A stretch of 64,000 bases of DNA, taken from Paramecium tetraurelia (Eukaryota). The position numbers and the translations under genes are program-made. The notes beneath the pieces are model-generated. The model searched no databases. It had not been told where the DNA came from and saw nothing but the letters and a program-made list of their open reading frames with translations. Shown piece after piece: positions 15,225-28,812 of this stretch (its first letter is position 1; each line of letters opens with the position of its first letter). Location of the stretch: assembly GCA_000165425.1 (NCBI GenBank), contig CT867992.1, positions 186,001 to 250,000 on the forward strand, written 5' to 3'.

Positions 15225-16624
15225 ATGAAATAGCTTCTCTTGCTCTCCTTACTTGCTTTTGCTGCCATTGCTGATTATGAATATGATGGTGATGTCATGG
15301 TACTCACAGAAGAAACATTTGATTAAGCCTTCAATGAATTCGATTATTTGATGTTTGAATTCTATGCTCCTTGGTGTGGACATTGCAAAGAACTCGCACC
15401 TAAATATGCTGAGGCTGCTACTGCTCTTAGACCTGAAGGAATAGTTTTGGCCAAGATCGATGCAACAGTCCAAAAGAAATTGGCTGAAAAGTATGGAGTC
15501 AAAGGATATCCAACAATCAAATTCAGTGCCAAATAATCTGTTAAGGATTTTGAAGGTGGTAGAACTGCTGATGGTATTAAGAATTGGATTTACAGTAATC
15601 TTAATCCAGAGAGTGAATTAATTGAGACTCTTGAATAACTCAATGAGGCAATCGCTCAAAATAAAGTTCAATTTGTCTATTTTGCAGAGGAATAAAGTGA
15701 AAAGGATAGAGAATTGAGAAAATACAAGGAATTCTCATTCACTATGAAATAGCATTTTGCCCATACAACAAGCAAAACAATCAGAGAAGCACTCAACGTA
15801 CCAAAAGGAACTTACTTTGTTGGATTTAGAGATCAAAAGCCTTATTACTATTAAGGAAAGCTATCGTTCCCAATCATGAAAACCTTTGTAGAAAATGTTG
15901 CTAACGAAAGAGTTCAAGCATACTCTGAGAAGAAGGAATTATTAGAAGAAAGAATGACAAAGAGCAAGCCTTTTGTTGTTGTCTTCACTGACGAATCTGA
16001 AGTCTAAGTTGCTGCCTAAGCATGGTCCTTCCAAGACGAATTACTCTTCATCAAGAATGTTGATGAAGAATTCGCTAGAAAAATCTAAGTCAGACCACAA
16101 GATCAAAAGGGAGTTTTCATCATTAAGGGAGATCAAAGATACAAGAGAGTTGAAGGTTAAAGTGTTGGTGATTTCTTGGAAGCCTTCCAATCTGGAAAAG
16201 CTCACAAATATCTCAAATCCTAAGCTGCTCCACAATAACAAGGATTGGTCAGAACCCTCATCGGAGATACTTATGATGATACAAAAGCTGTTAATGATTC
16301 AGTAATCTTATACTTTGACTCTCAAAACGAAGAACAGTAATTTATTAATTTTAATAATTTAGCAATGCAGTGCAAGAGCAATTCTTGAAGGTGGCTGAAA
16401 GACTCCAATAAAATAAACAATTGACTTTCAATAAAATCGATTTGTCCTAAAATGAAGTTAGTGATTTAACAGAATCCGTTGAAATCGTTAAAATTAGATT
16501 ATACAAAAATAACTAGCCAATTAAATTCGTAATCAGAGCAAACAAAATTCAAGAGGAAAGATTTATTAAATGGATTGTAGATAACGCAGCTAGTAAGGTT
16601 GTTGATCCAAAAGCTGAATTATGA
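15225..16624 (+). CDS. Protein disulfide isomerase
   Basis: Signal peptide, [22 protein letters not shown]-terminal KAEL* (KDEL-like); one short intron near 16337. Confidence 0.9.
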
Positions 16625-16726
16625 TTTTGTGTAAAATAACATAATATAATTATTCCATATAGAAAATTCTAGATTGTTTACGTAATTTATATCCAAATTT
16701 AATTCGTCATTGATGAATAAATTAAA

Positions 16727-17420
16727 ATGGCAGATCAACTTGTTTTGGGTTATTGGGGAATCAGAGGATTAGCTCAACCATGTAAGAATTCATTTCATCC
16801 TTCTAGTGAGATATTTGGTGGAATACTTGGGATTACCATATGAAGAAAAAAGATACCTCAAGCCTGAAGAGTGGTTCGGTGGACTTTGTTAAGCTCCATT
16901 CAACACTCACGTTCTTGTCAACCTCCCATACATCAAGGATGGCGAGAAGTACGTCTATGAGAGTGCTGCCCTTTATGTCTATTTGGCTCACAAGGCAAAT
17001 AGACCTGATCTCTTGGGATCCACACCAGACGAATAAGTAGCTGTGGCTTAAGTGAGAGGTGTTATCTAAGATGCCTTGAAAGGTTTCTTCCACCTTATCA
17101 CCCTCCCTGAGGATCAATATGCAGCCAAGAAAGAGGAAGTCTACGCCAATGAAGTTGCTTGGTTGATTGAAAGATTAGACAAATTCATCGATGGAAAGAC
17201 ATGGGCAGCTGGAGCCAATCTTACATACATTGACTTTGGACTCTTCGAATTAGAAGAAACTTTGAAAGCTTTCCATCCAGAATCATGGGCCAAGTTTGCC
17301 AACCTCTAAAAGCATCACTAGGAATTCTCAAACATTCCTTAGATCAAGGAATATTAGGCTTCAGGAAGATTCCTTGCTGGTCCCTTCTATCCACCAGGAA
17401 GATTTAGATGGGGATTCTGA
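16727..17420 (+). CDS. Glutathione S-transferase, mu-class-like
   Basis: LVLGYWGIRGLAQP..LEYLGLPYEEKRY..NLPYIKDG..ESAAL..LTYIDF; one short intron. Confidence 0.9.
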
Positions 17421-18177
17421 TTGTTACATTATGCATTTAATATAAATATATTAAATAGAACCACCAATATATTCAAAATAAAAAAATTATTCCTCATGTC
17501 TAATTTATTTAATTATATTTATTTTAATAATTAAAAATTGTAAAACACTTGTTTTAAGACAAATTTTATTAAATTAATCTGCAATAATCGCTAAAATGGT
17601 TTTATCATTTCACTTATTTTGTTCTCATCTTGCTAAATTCCATAATCAAATCTTACCTCTATAATGAATTCTCTATAGCATAAAGATATTTTTGAACTAA
17701 CATAAAAGGATTGTTATTTTTAGGCTAACTCTTATTTATCACCTATCCTAAGCTTACTTATTTACAATTATAAAATCTTCTTATATCCATTATATGATAA
17801 ATTAATTTTTATTTTTATTCTGATTTATTCTTATATAATACATTTTTAAATAAATTATAAATAATATACTATTATAACAAAAATAATTAATTACAAAATT
17901 TTCAATTTTATTGATGAATAATCATATTTAATGAACATGGAAAGAAAGTAACAAAGCTCAATTAAATATATCTATCTTAAGTGTTAAATATTAAATAAGA
18001 ATATACTAGTCAATTGGATTTAGAAAATATCAATTCATATATATAGATAAGAATTAATCAATTAAATACACATTTAATATGATATGTATGTATTTATTAA
18101 AATGCAAGGATTTTAACGGCATGCAATTAAAATTAAGATGAATAAATAATAATTTTATGTAATTTAGATTCATCTCA

Positions 18178-18593
18178 TCAAAATTCCAAGTATCCTTTTA
18201 AGTATTTCCCTGTTTCTCTAGTCAAATTTTCAATCATATTATGTTGGTCTTTAACACTTTTCCATTAATCTGCCTGCTCATCATAATAATATTAGAATAA
18301 ATTAAATGGTGTTTAGAGATATAATCTCCTTTCTTTCACATTAGTCGTAAAATTATATTCCCCTAAATTTTTCACAGACACACATAGGCTTAGAGGATCT
18401 GATCTGATTTCAATTCTATTTTCATATTCTTTCAGTTTATTAAATGATTATTCAACTTTGTGCAAAAGATAACCTATTTCTCCTAAGAATTGTTCTTAGG
18501 GTATGAATGCTCTAATATAGAATATCAATTGTACATCTTGGGTTAAGTAGCGAATCGATAAAAACTAATCAAATTACTCCTCAAATAAAACAT
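18178..18593 (-). CDS. Divergent frataxin/CyaY-fold-like protein with putative mitochondrial presequence
   Basis: 130 aa after removing a 23-nt intron (18512-18534): MFYLRSNLISFYRFATQ..EQFLGEIGYLLHKVEQSF..YNFTTNVKERRLYLQTPFNLFQYYYDEQADQWKSVKDQHNMIENLTRE. The pattern resembles the frataxin C-terminal half. Confidence 0.55.
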
Positions 18594-18598
18594 AATTA

Positions 18599-19554
18599 AT
18601 GATTTTAGAATAAATTTAAGACTATCCTATATTTCAATCACTTCTATATGTTTTGGGACTACTGGTATTCCTAAAGTCATTGAATCTTTTAAACTTCATA
18701 TGGAGACTGATTCGTCCAAGCTCTAATCTGTCAAGGTATGGAATTGGGTCGTGGATTTTAATAACTGGGGCATCAGATGGAATAGGAAAGCAATTGGCAA
18801 TTCAATTTTCCTAATACGGATTCAAGATAATTCTGGTAGCTCGTAACAAATAGAAGTTGGAGGCAGTATCCAAATAACTAAAAACCGAATCACTAATCAT
18901 TGTGACAGACTTCTCCTAATCAACAGATAAAAATATATTTGATCAAATTTTAAATTAAGTTGGAGAGAGGGATGTAAGTGTATTAATTAACAATGTTGGA
19001 GTTGATGTACTTAATAGATTCCATTTGCTTTCAGATGAAGAGATTTATAACACAATAACAGTCAATTGTTTCCCAATTACTATCCTTTGTAAGAGGTTTA
19101 TCCCAAGATTTTTGAAAAGAAATCAACATAAATCCGCAATTGTTAACGTAACATCTTTAGCTGGAAAGATCCCAACACCATATTTCAATGTATACAGTGC
19201 TACCAAAGCATTTGGAGAATTCTTAACATCTACACTAAGTGCTGAATATCCAGAATTGGAAGTTTTTTCTTTAAGTCCAGGTGAAGTCTCAACCAATTTG
19301 ACTTAAAATAGACAACCAAGTTTTCTAACAATTAGTGCTTTCGATTGCGCTAATGGTTTGATAAAGAGGATGGGGTAAAATACAAGTGGCCATTGGAATC
19401 ATGAAATATAGGCAGCAATTCAGAAATTGGTTCCTTCTTGCTTCTATAATTTTGTCTTGGGCAAGGTTCAATATACATTTATATATTGTAGATTCTGGCA
19501 CCAAAATGGCTTAAGGAAAGATCTTAACACTAGAATGATAAAAAAATTAAATGA
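18599..19554 (+). CDS. Short-chain dehydrogenase, 3-ketoacyl-CoA reductase/17beta-HSD12-like
   Basis: N-terminal TM segment, WILITGASDGIGK, LINNVG, YSATK catalytic motif, PGEVSTNL. Confidence 0.9.
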
Positions 19555-19602
19555 CCTATCAATTATAAATATTGTTTATAGATATTCATTCTTACTTAAT
19601 AC

Positions 19603-20134
19603 ATGGCTATTGTAACTTAATCGACTGACAACTCTTCTACATCGCCCCATGGCTTTGTTCCTTAGTCAAAGGAAAAAGAATCTGATACCTTCAATCTCAG
19701 TTGGAAGGCCTTATTAAGAAAAAAAAATTAGACTAAACGTCCCATTTTCAAAACTGCTCCAAGACTAACAGAATCAAAAAAGTCGAAGAATGTCCCTAAA
19801 AATGTTTCCAAAGCCATTATTCAGTAAATTCTGAATAAAAATGTCATGAATCAGATAACGGATCAAGACGAGTTCCTCAAATTCATTATTAGACATAAAA
19901 AAATCTAAAATCTAGCTAATCTCATCAAAATAACAAGACCTCATAAAGTAGAAAAACTAAATAAATTGTAGAAATAATTTAGATAGATCTGGTATATTAA
20001 TCATTTAAATTTTTAGTTGGAATTTTCTAAAAAAGGAGTACATACCTTACGTGTTCAATTCCAAAATCAAAAACCCTGAAGGTCATTTAAAATATAGAAT
20101 TCAGTTTATGAAAGTATTTGCCTAATAATAATGA
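19603..20134 (+). CDS. hypothetical basic protein
   Basis: Open frame with one short intron: ..SKNVPKNVSKAII..WNFLKKEYIPYVFNSKIKNPEGHLKYR..; no function assignable. Confidence 0.6.
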
Positions 20135-20660
20135 TTAATCGTATTTATGTATATAATAAATCATTGCTAAATTGACTTACTACTTTTGTCAAACACATAA
20201 ATGGTTTTAAGCCTTTCAAATAGTTTGTTTTAGTGCTTACAATATATTAAAATATCAGGATACTATTTAATAAGTATTTTATAAACGAGAAATATTAAAA
20301 TAGCATAATTTTCATAAATAAAAAATAAATCAAAATTTGGAAAATTATGTTTTGCAAATTTATCATGAAGGTTGGGATTCAGACAATGAGATATCAAATT
20401 AGACCCTGTATTGCTTATAGAATTATTGCAAATAACCACTTGAACTTGCATAATTTGAATGCCTTTTAGATTAACTAATTAACACGTTTCGCAGAAGAAG
20501 AGGAGGATGATTAAAACGAACTGAATCTGATTAATTGTTTGTCGGAGGTGAGATCTACAAAAGGATATTGAGTATATGATATAATGATAATATTTACATT
20601 CTTTATTGGATGTAAATAAAATGTATAAGAAAAATATTTCTTAATCGAAAAAAAATCAAA

Positions 20661-21561
20661 TCAATATTTTCTCCCTACTGATTTTTTGCGATTCATATCC
20701 TTTTTATCTTTTTAATCTTTATCATTCATTTTCTTTGATTCACCTTTGCCTTCATCTTTGGCATTTTTGGTTCCTTTTTTACTATTAATCTTTTATATAT
20801 AAAATACTTGTCTTTATCATCCTTCTTTTTGTCCTCCTTCTTCATTTAATCTTGCTTTTCATCCTTTTCTGGCTTCTATTAAGCAGTTTCTTCATCATCT
20901 TTCATTTTTCTGGGCCCTCTTTTATAAGGCGGCAATTCTTAATATTACAAATCTTGTCTTGTAGCTGATCTCTTAAACTTCTCCTCTATCAATTGGTCAA
21001 ATTGTTCTCTTTTTTCTGAATACTTTCTAATATGTTATTTATCAGTGTTTACTTTGTCCAATCATCCATTTATTTGTGATATAGTTCTAATTTCTTCTCA
21101 AACTCATCATCATACTTCTTTCTTTCTTTATTTGAAAGTCTGTTATATTGATCCACTAATGCCTTCGTTACTTAACCAAAGGATGAATCAGGGTTTTCTT
21201 CAGAATATGCCCTTCTGTTCTCTGCTATGTACACTAAGCATCCTGACACTGGCTTCTTTGGCTTCTCAGGTACTTCCATTAAAGCTTTGTACTTTTTCAA
21301 ATCTTATGCAGACCCTCCATAATATAATAGTAAATCCTCTTTGTATTTAGCCTCCATTTTTTCAAAATCATCTTCATACTTTTCCTTTTCCTCCTCATCC
21401 ATTTGCTTCCACATATCCCTGATCTTGCTTTGGATTTCTTTACCTTTCATTTTCCCATCTTTTTTCATTTAAGCAGCTTTTTCAGCATAATAAGCCTGAT
21501 AGGAATTCACACATATCCTAGTAGGGGGCTTCTTGAGTGTTCCACTTCTGAGTTACATCAT
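20661..21561 (-). CDS. HMG-box protein (two HMG boxes, charged tail)
   Basis: KKPPTR..SYQAYYAE..IRDMWKQMDEEEKEKYE and KPEKPKKPVSGCLVYIAENR..LVDQYNRLSNKEKKKY. Confidence 0.8.
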
Positions 21562-23057
21562 TTGAGAGGGATTTTCAAATTTAAATTTTATATATATATA
21601 AATTTTGTATAGGATTTACAAAAATTAATACATAAAATGAGTGCATTTCTGATGATATTATATTGATTTCAATTTTTTCAAAAATATTTCAATTAATTAG
21701 ACAGATTTTATAAAAGTAAAATATAATGTATGAATGTATATGATGATATGTTTAAATAATATTTTCGAAAGTATCGAGTATTGAATAAATCTGATTATCC
21801 AATATAATTTTGACTTTAATCTCTATTCGAGCCTATTCGAGTCTAATTTCAGAAAGTTTAATTATTTCTTATAAATATTGGAAATGGGAATTATTTTCAA
21901 TACTTTTGTCAAAATAATTTTTGTTTTATTATCTAAAAAAAATTTTATTTAAACTTTTCATCTTAATTTTGTTTCTCATACTCTGACTTCATATCAATAT
22001 ATATTAAAGAATAATATCTTCAGTCTATACGCTCAATAATTTGATGCAAAAGAGTTCAAACAAGGTTCAAATATTTGATTACTTAAATAAGAATAGAAAA
22101 TTCTTAAAAAGAGCAAAGGTCAATTACTTTGAGTCAGATAGCTTATAAGGTATTGAAATAGGCTTGAATAGATAACCCAACTGTGATGCAAATGCTGGGT
22201 GACTAAATTTGAAGATGAAAATAAGAATATATATATAAGTAATCACATCATTTGATTTGTTTCTAGTATTTCAAGTTTGGAAATATAAATTTTGTTGGAC
22301 TAAAGATAGGTATTGATAAGTGAGGAGAAGTGGGAGAATTTAGATCATCGATTTCTTCATCCTTATTCAATATTATTAAAAGGGGACTTGTAGATATTTC
22401 CTTTTTTTATTGCTTCTCTTATGCTTTCTTCATGAATCTGTTCTTTTAAATATTCAAGGAGCTCATTCTGATATTCTAATTATTAAAAAAATGAATACCA
22501 AATTTAGATTGTTAAACAGTATATCTATAGATTACTTAGATATAGAAAATAAGATTGAACAACGAAGAATCAAAACCTTTACTTACTTAAATTGGGAATT
22601 GAATGGATATAAAAGATCATTTCAATCAAAAAAGGAAAAAAGATTTGATCTTCGTTTATATTACAAAATTTTTATATTTTCAGATTCGTATTATTAAATA
22701 ACTTATTCTTATATTAAATAAATTAATTAATACTTAATTCTAGAGCTAACTATTATATTAAGATATGAGGTTAATTATAAAATTCATGAAATGAACTATA
22801 TATAAAATATTATTCTCAAGTCGATACATATTGAATGTATTGAAAATGCGAATAAGCTTCGGATAATGTAAGGATATTTTCAAAAAGATCAAATAATTTC
22901 TTAGCATTCTGTTGTTGATAACATGATTTAATAGGCCAGTTAACTATAGTAAAGTATAATCGTAAATATAAAGATATATATAGAATGAAAAATGTAAAGC
23001 ATCTTTAGAATGGATTCAAACAAAAATGAATAAAACTGAAATATAATTAATTAATAA

Positions 23058-23611
23058 ATGATTAGAAATCCATAGAATCCAATAGTATTTTTTGATGTGG
23101 CTATTGCAGGTCAAAAAGTAGGTAGGATTAGAATGGAATTGTATGCTGATGTAGTTCCAAAAACAGCTGAAAATTTCAGACAATTGTGCACAGGAGAATA
23201 TAAGAAATTTGATAAGCCTTCTGGTTTCAAGGGTTGTTAATTCCATAGAGTAATAAAGGATTTCATGATTTAAGGAGGCGATTTTGTGATGGTATCTATT
23301 GTTTATTATAATAGGGAGATGGCACTGGATGTGTTTCAATTTACGGGGATAAATTTGAAGATGAGAATTTTTAATTGAGACATGATGAACCTGGATTATT
23401 GTCAATGGCAAATTCTGGTCCAAATAGTAATGGTTGTTAGTTTTTCATTACTTGTACCAAATGCGATTGGTTAGATGGCAAACATGTTGTATTTGGTAAA
23501 GTAATTGATGCAGGATCAATGTAAGTGATAAGAAGAATTGAAACTACTCCAGTTGGTCCTCAAAATAAACCAAAATAAATAATCATTATTGAAGAATGTG
23601 GAGAGTTGTGA
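23058..23611 (+). CDS. Cyclophilin, PPIH/CypH-like
   Basis: [80 protein letters not shown]; one intron. Confidence 0.9.
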
Positions 23612-23737
23612 ATAATATAGATGTGTATTCTCAAAAGAAATAATTAATCATGTTATCAAATTTCTATTCAAATGGAAAATTTATTTTAATGTTATTTAAT
23701 GCATATTGAAAATTTCAAAATTTGCCTTAGTTTGATA

Positions 23738-25246
23738 TCAAACTAAGAAGTTCATCACCACAGTGTTCATCATATTTTTTCTCTATTTTAATTGCTGCTA
23801 AGGCTGATGTAAGTTAAATAATTTATTATTCATTGAGTTTCAGTTGTTTAATTTCCTGATCTCCCATTTACATCAACTTATATTCAGGTATTTTTAATCC
23901 TTGTAAGATTTTATAAATACATTCTCCCTAGAAATATATATTTTATTATTACCTCGTTTAATTTAAGAATTTCTTCATAAAGTTTTTTTGAGTAAGAAAG
24001 ATAAGAATTACTTTATACATTTTGTTAGGCCTTAATAGTGTAATTGTTGCCCATGATATGTAATTATTTTTGATCTGGAGTAGTGGGGGCAGTTCGATGT
24101 TTTTTCTAGGGTTAAAACTGTTATTGTATATTATGCTTTTTTTTTTGCATTTTCGAGCCATCCGAAAAATCAGAGCCTCTTCTTGAATGAGAATCAGACG
24201 TCTTAGTATTAGTGATGGATTATTAACAAAATGGTTGCCCAATTTCCATTTTCTCTTTGCTCATATAATCTTGGGGAATATAATTGGGGATTATTGGACC
24301 AAGATAATTTGATGTTGGTTTATATGGTTGTCTTTTTGCCTCAACATGTATGTTAGGTTCTTCTATAATCCATTAATTATCTGCTAATTATTTACGAACT
24401 CTAATAAAGTTTAACTGAAAGTTGTACCTTTTCTCTTAATCTGAGTGATAGAATGCACATTCGGCTAATTTCTTGTTGCAATTGGTTTAAGTGCATGGTT
24501 TGGTCTTGTAGATTAGTGGATGATATTCGAATTCTTTCCAACCATGACAATATTGACATTCTTCTTAATCTGGACATCCTCCTTTATCGTAATTCAATAT
24601 CTAATTGGTTTTGTTCCAATGTGGACACTCCTTTGGTTGCAACTTCTTTGGATCTCTTCTAAAGTCTTAGGCATTATGGGCATAGACGCAGGATGCTCTA
24701 TCATGACTAAGTTTAATATTAGTTGATAATCTTACTTGGTTGTTAGGGGACACCAAACAGTTTTATATTGATACATCCAGAAGTTTTTGTCTTGCACCAT
24801 CCCATCTAATTTAATCGGAATGATTAATTCCTAATCATTATGAGCAAATGAACAATAGACTCCATAATCACAATCCTTAATGTGAGTGCAATATTTAGTC
24901 TTGTATCTATTGGGATGGTACACTTGCTCCACTTTATTGTGAGCAAATTGACATTCATCCCCTTATGGACAATTATCAGCTTGCGGGCATAATTGGCATC
25001 TGAAATAAATATTCCAGATTTTATTTACTTGTATGAATGAGATTTGAGATCTCTTCTACGATCAGTTTCGTCATGGAAAAATGGACAAAACTTTTTTTGG
25101 TTAATTTGATGTTGAATCTAGCATTTTTAAGTTTTAAATTGATGAGGATCAATATATTGTTGAATCCTAACTGGTGAATTAGGATTGTAAGCGTCTAAAT
25201 TAGTAAGTGATGATTCGTGTGAACGAACTCTTCTACTTCCTAGCAT
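23738..25246 (-). CDS. Unkempt-like tandem CCCH zinc-finger protein
   Basis: FKTQKC..CPFFHDETDRRR, CPQGDECQFAHNKVEQVYHPNRYKTKYC, CDYGVYCSFAH, YKTVWCP, CVYAHNAQDFRR, C..SHSSNIIH. Confidence 0.85.
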
Positions 25247-25410
25247 TCGTTAATAAACTATTTTTTATATTAACTATTTAATCAACTCATCATCATCATA
25301 AAACTTATAAAAAATACTAGTTATAACGAAATTTGAATTCTCACAAAATACAATTATGTAACCATGTAATTTAAAGATGATAATGAACAAATATTAAATA
25401 TTTTAAATTT

Positions 25411-25910
25411 TCATAACTTAATTGAGTTTATTGAATTCAAATTAATGCTACCCATACCTTAAAATTATCTATTCTTTAATTTTCCCTTCTCTTTCTTAAA
25501 GTTGTCTCCCCTTGTGAACTTCAACTTCTCATTTCCAAACTCCCCATATTAATCCCCCTCTCCAAACTTCTTTTTGGCCTCAAAAGTGTTGTCTCTCAAA
25601 TGATCAGGCAATTTCTCATACACTGTCTCATCACATTTCTGGAAAAATCTCTTCTTCTCCTTTTTCTCCTCAACCTCCTCAGTAATTGGTATGTCTTATA
25701 TTTAACATCTCAATATTACTCATTTGAATGAATGTTCTCTTATCTGTCAATTACTTTGCAGATTACTTGTTGTTCTTCGCCTCCTCCTTTGGTTAATCAG
25801 TTTCCTCCTCCTCTTGTTCTTCTTATTCGTCATGTTCAGCCTCAGCAACAAATTTGGCAGCGAGCTTACTAATCAATATGTGATTGCGAATTACGGATGT
25901 CCTTCGACAT
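25411..25910 (-). CDS. SRP40/Nopp140 C-terminal domain protein
   Basis: ..LRDNTFEAK..YGEFGNEKLKFTRGDNFKKEKGKLKNRQFQGMGSINLNSINSIKL*; 5' exon structure uncertain. Confidence 0.75.
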
Positions 25911-26005
25911 AATATTTTATTATTTTTTATAAATCCTTGTTCGTCATTGGAGTTTCATCGTGTTCGTACAAAGAATCAATTTGCTTTGCAGATTTCTTCA
26001 ATCCA

Positions 26006-26675
26006 ATGGATCTCAAGTATTCTACTATCAAGGGTAACACATCTTATGGAGTCAAGTCTCTTTGCATCAAAATAATAAATGGAATTTATTTTAATCACAC
26101 AAAAATCTCTATTAAAATTTTTATGCAATAATAACAAATATAAAAACAGAATTAAGCCGCATTAAATTAAGAACAAGAACTCAAACTCAAACAACAACAA
26201 TAAGAAATCCTGAGCAACATGTACTAAATAAATCAATAATCTGCCAATTCACTCGTGACTGTATGCATTTAATCATTTATATTAGCTTCACAATCAAGGC
26301 GAAAAAATTGATCAATTTGAACAAAACTTAGATCAAAATCAATAGAAATTACATAAGATCGATTACATTTTGGATGTCATCAAATCTCCCTGGGGCTAAT
26401 TTAAAGCACTCTTCACTAAACCTAAAGAAGAGAAGGTCGAAGATAAAAAGAAAGATGATTAAAAACAACAAATACAATAACCACCCTAAAGGTAGGTCGA
26501 TGATATCTATGATGAGATGATTAATTAAACAAATTAAATGAAATACTAATAGCTCTTAACAAATCAAGCCATAACTAATCAGAATACCTAATTAGATAGA
26601 ATAAACTAAAAGGCTGACAAGCAAACTGTCTAAATGTCCAAGTAGAATGAAAAAACAAAAAAAATCATTAAATGA
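26006..26675 (+). CDS. SNAP-25-like Qbc SNARE
   Basis: Two heptad SNARE-like helices (..LHNQGEKIDQFEQNLDQNQQKL.. and ..ITNQNTQLDRINQKADKQ..) with central Gln and no TM segment. Alternative ATG at 26123. Confidence 0.7.
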
Positions 26676-27035
26676 ATGTATTTAAATATTAGAATATAGA
26701 AATGATTTTTATTATTTTTATATTTATAATTATATAAACAACATTAAAAATATCAATCTATATTCATCAATTTTTAGCAAATTACTATTAACTCATTAAT
26801 TTATATAGTTTTCATTCATATTTTATATAGACATCTTATAAATTCTTAAACATAATAGAGATGGTGAATTTCTGTTTTATTTTAATTATTTAAAAGAGTT
26901 TAAAGGAAATGTTTGTAATCTGAATCAACTTAAAAATATAAATAAAACATAAGACTTCCTACAAATAGAAATTATTTCTCAACGCTAATATAAACTGGAT
27001 CTTCAATTTTAAATTATAAATAGTTAATTTATTAA

Positions 27036-28461
27036 TCAGATTTCAAAATCAGGTATAATAATATGCACCTACCTATTTGACCAATAGGGTAATTCTTCAG
27101 CAATCTACTAGGCCTTAATGATCAGTTCTAAAGAATAAATAATAATTTACATTCTCCTTCACTGCTCCTATTAGGCATCTTCTTCAACATACTTCCAAGC
27201 AATTGCATACACAGCACTTTATTGTATGAATCTGAATTTTCAAGCATTTATAAAACTATCCTATACATGCTCTCTGCTCTATCAAACTAAAAAACTCTTC
27301 ATTGATATTTTACATATTTATTTGTACTGCAAGTCCATGCCAAAAATAAGAGGGATCTGTCCATATTGGTTGGATCTTACTCTTCGTAAAAATTGATCGT
27401 AGTTTTCAACCAAAATTATAATTCAGTTCTTTTAGAGGGTGCTTTATTTAGAACAAATTCACTTAAATTGAGCAATGGTTTTCCTACATGTATACTTTTG
27501 AATTAGGTTTTTGTTAGATTAGTTTTATCCTATGGTAGAAGATCATCATTCAGTAACCATTCCAATCCAGTTTTAATTTGATTGTTTGAATGCTCAATGT
27601 AATAAATTGACTTCTTAAAAAGAGGTATCACATTTTCGAAATCAGCATCTATATTTTCAACAGGAATATCACTTTGTAGAGGTCCTGTTTCTTCTTCATC
27701 ATCACTTACAAATTCTCTAAGACTTGGAAATTTATGCCACCATGAAGCCACAGCCAAAACTATTATAAGCCCATCCTTTCAATTGATTAGATGGATCTGA
27801 AGCCAGACACTCTCTCATTCTTGACTTGGCATCAGTATAGTTTTCCTTTAATAAATAAGCAGTCTTGCAATAGGATATAAATTTGATACTCCCAAAAAAT
27901 ACAGATATTGTTTCTAATAACCTAAGGGCACATTTTCTCTCTGCATTTCACTTAATAAAGCTTTGCCCAAGAGGATGGCCTTATTTAAATTGTACTTCAA
28001 ACAATGAGTTAAGAGATCACTGTATGCAGAATAGACGAGGGCGTAATTAGCTTTTTGTCTTAAAAATTGCCTGATTATTTCTTCTAGTTGAGCTTCTGCA
28101 TCCTCATATCTTCTTAGTTATAGATTAGAATAGACAATTCTATTAATTTAGATGTGCAGATGTACCTTCTTGAAACATCAACCCATTCCTTTTCTTTTAG
28201 GTTGTTGGTTTCTAAGAAATTCTTAAATCTTCCAAAGAATTGAAGGGCCACTCTATATTTACCATGTTGCATTTGTTCAAGACCATATCAACCACAAATA
28301 TAATTAAGTTTGTACTTGTATTGTTCTGTAGCTAACACTGTTGAATACATTTCATCCTGCTGTGATTGCTATTGTTTTGGCTCAATAGTCTGATTGAAAT
28401 AAAATCTGGGAGTGGATTTTTGAAATGTGATTAAAGCATTCCGAACTATTTTAAAGAGCAT
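27036..28461 (-). CDS. TPR-like helical repeat protein with putative mitochondrial presequence
   Basis: MLFKIVRNALITFQKSTPRFYF.. followed by TPR-like helices (GKYRVALQFFGRFK, RRYEDAEAQLEE); short introns; ends IIPDFEI*. Confidence 0.6.
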
Positions 28462-28812
28462 TAGAGTTGATAATAATATTTATTGATGTGAGTGTATAAA
28501 ATCGAAGAGGATTATTATTATATATAAATCAGTAGTCTTATGTAAACAAGATCAATAATGGGTAATTGATTCGATACATAATAAAAATAATTTTTAACAA
28601 AGAGCAATGATGACAGAGGAAGACTTTTTAAACGGGTATATGTCTAGGAATCATAGGATTTCTGAGGGATATGCCTATGCCATATCTACAAATTGGTATT
28701 AATGGATGTCAATATTAGGTATAGACAATTTGAGAGATTCTTATAAAATCCATCAGGTGTTGATGTTTCAAGATTTAACAAAATTCAAAATGCTAATATA
28801 GTATAGAGATCC

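Noticed and set aside
21960..22700. coding-like patches on the minus strand and the 95-aa plus-strand ORF
   Set aside because: Interrupted by TGA with no recognisable motif; at most a decayed pseudogene.
23016..23423. 135-aa minus-strand ORF in the supplied track
   Set aside because: Antisense shadow of the cyclophilin gene.
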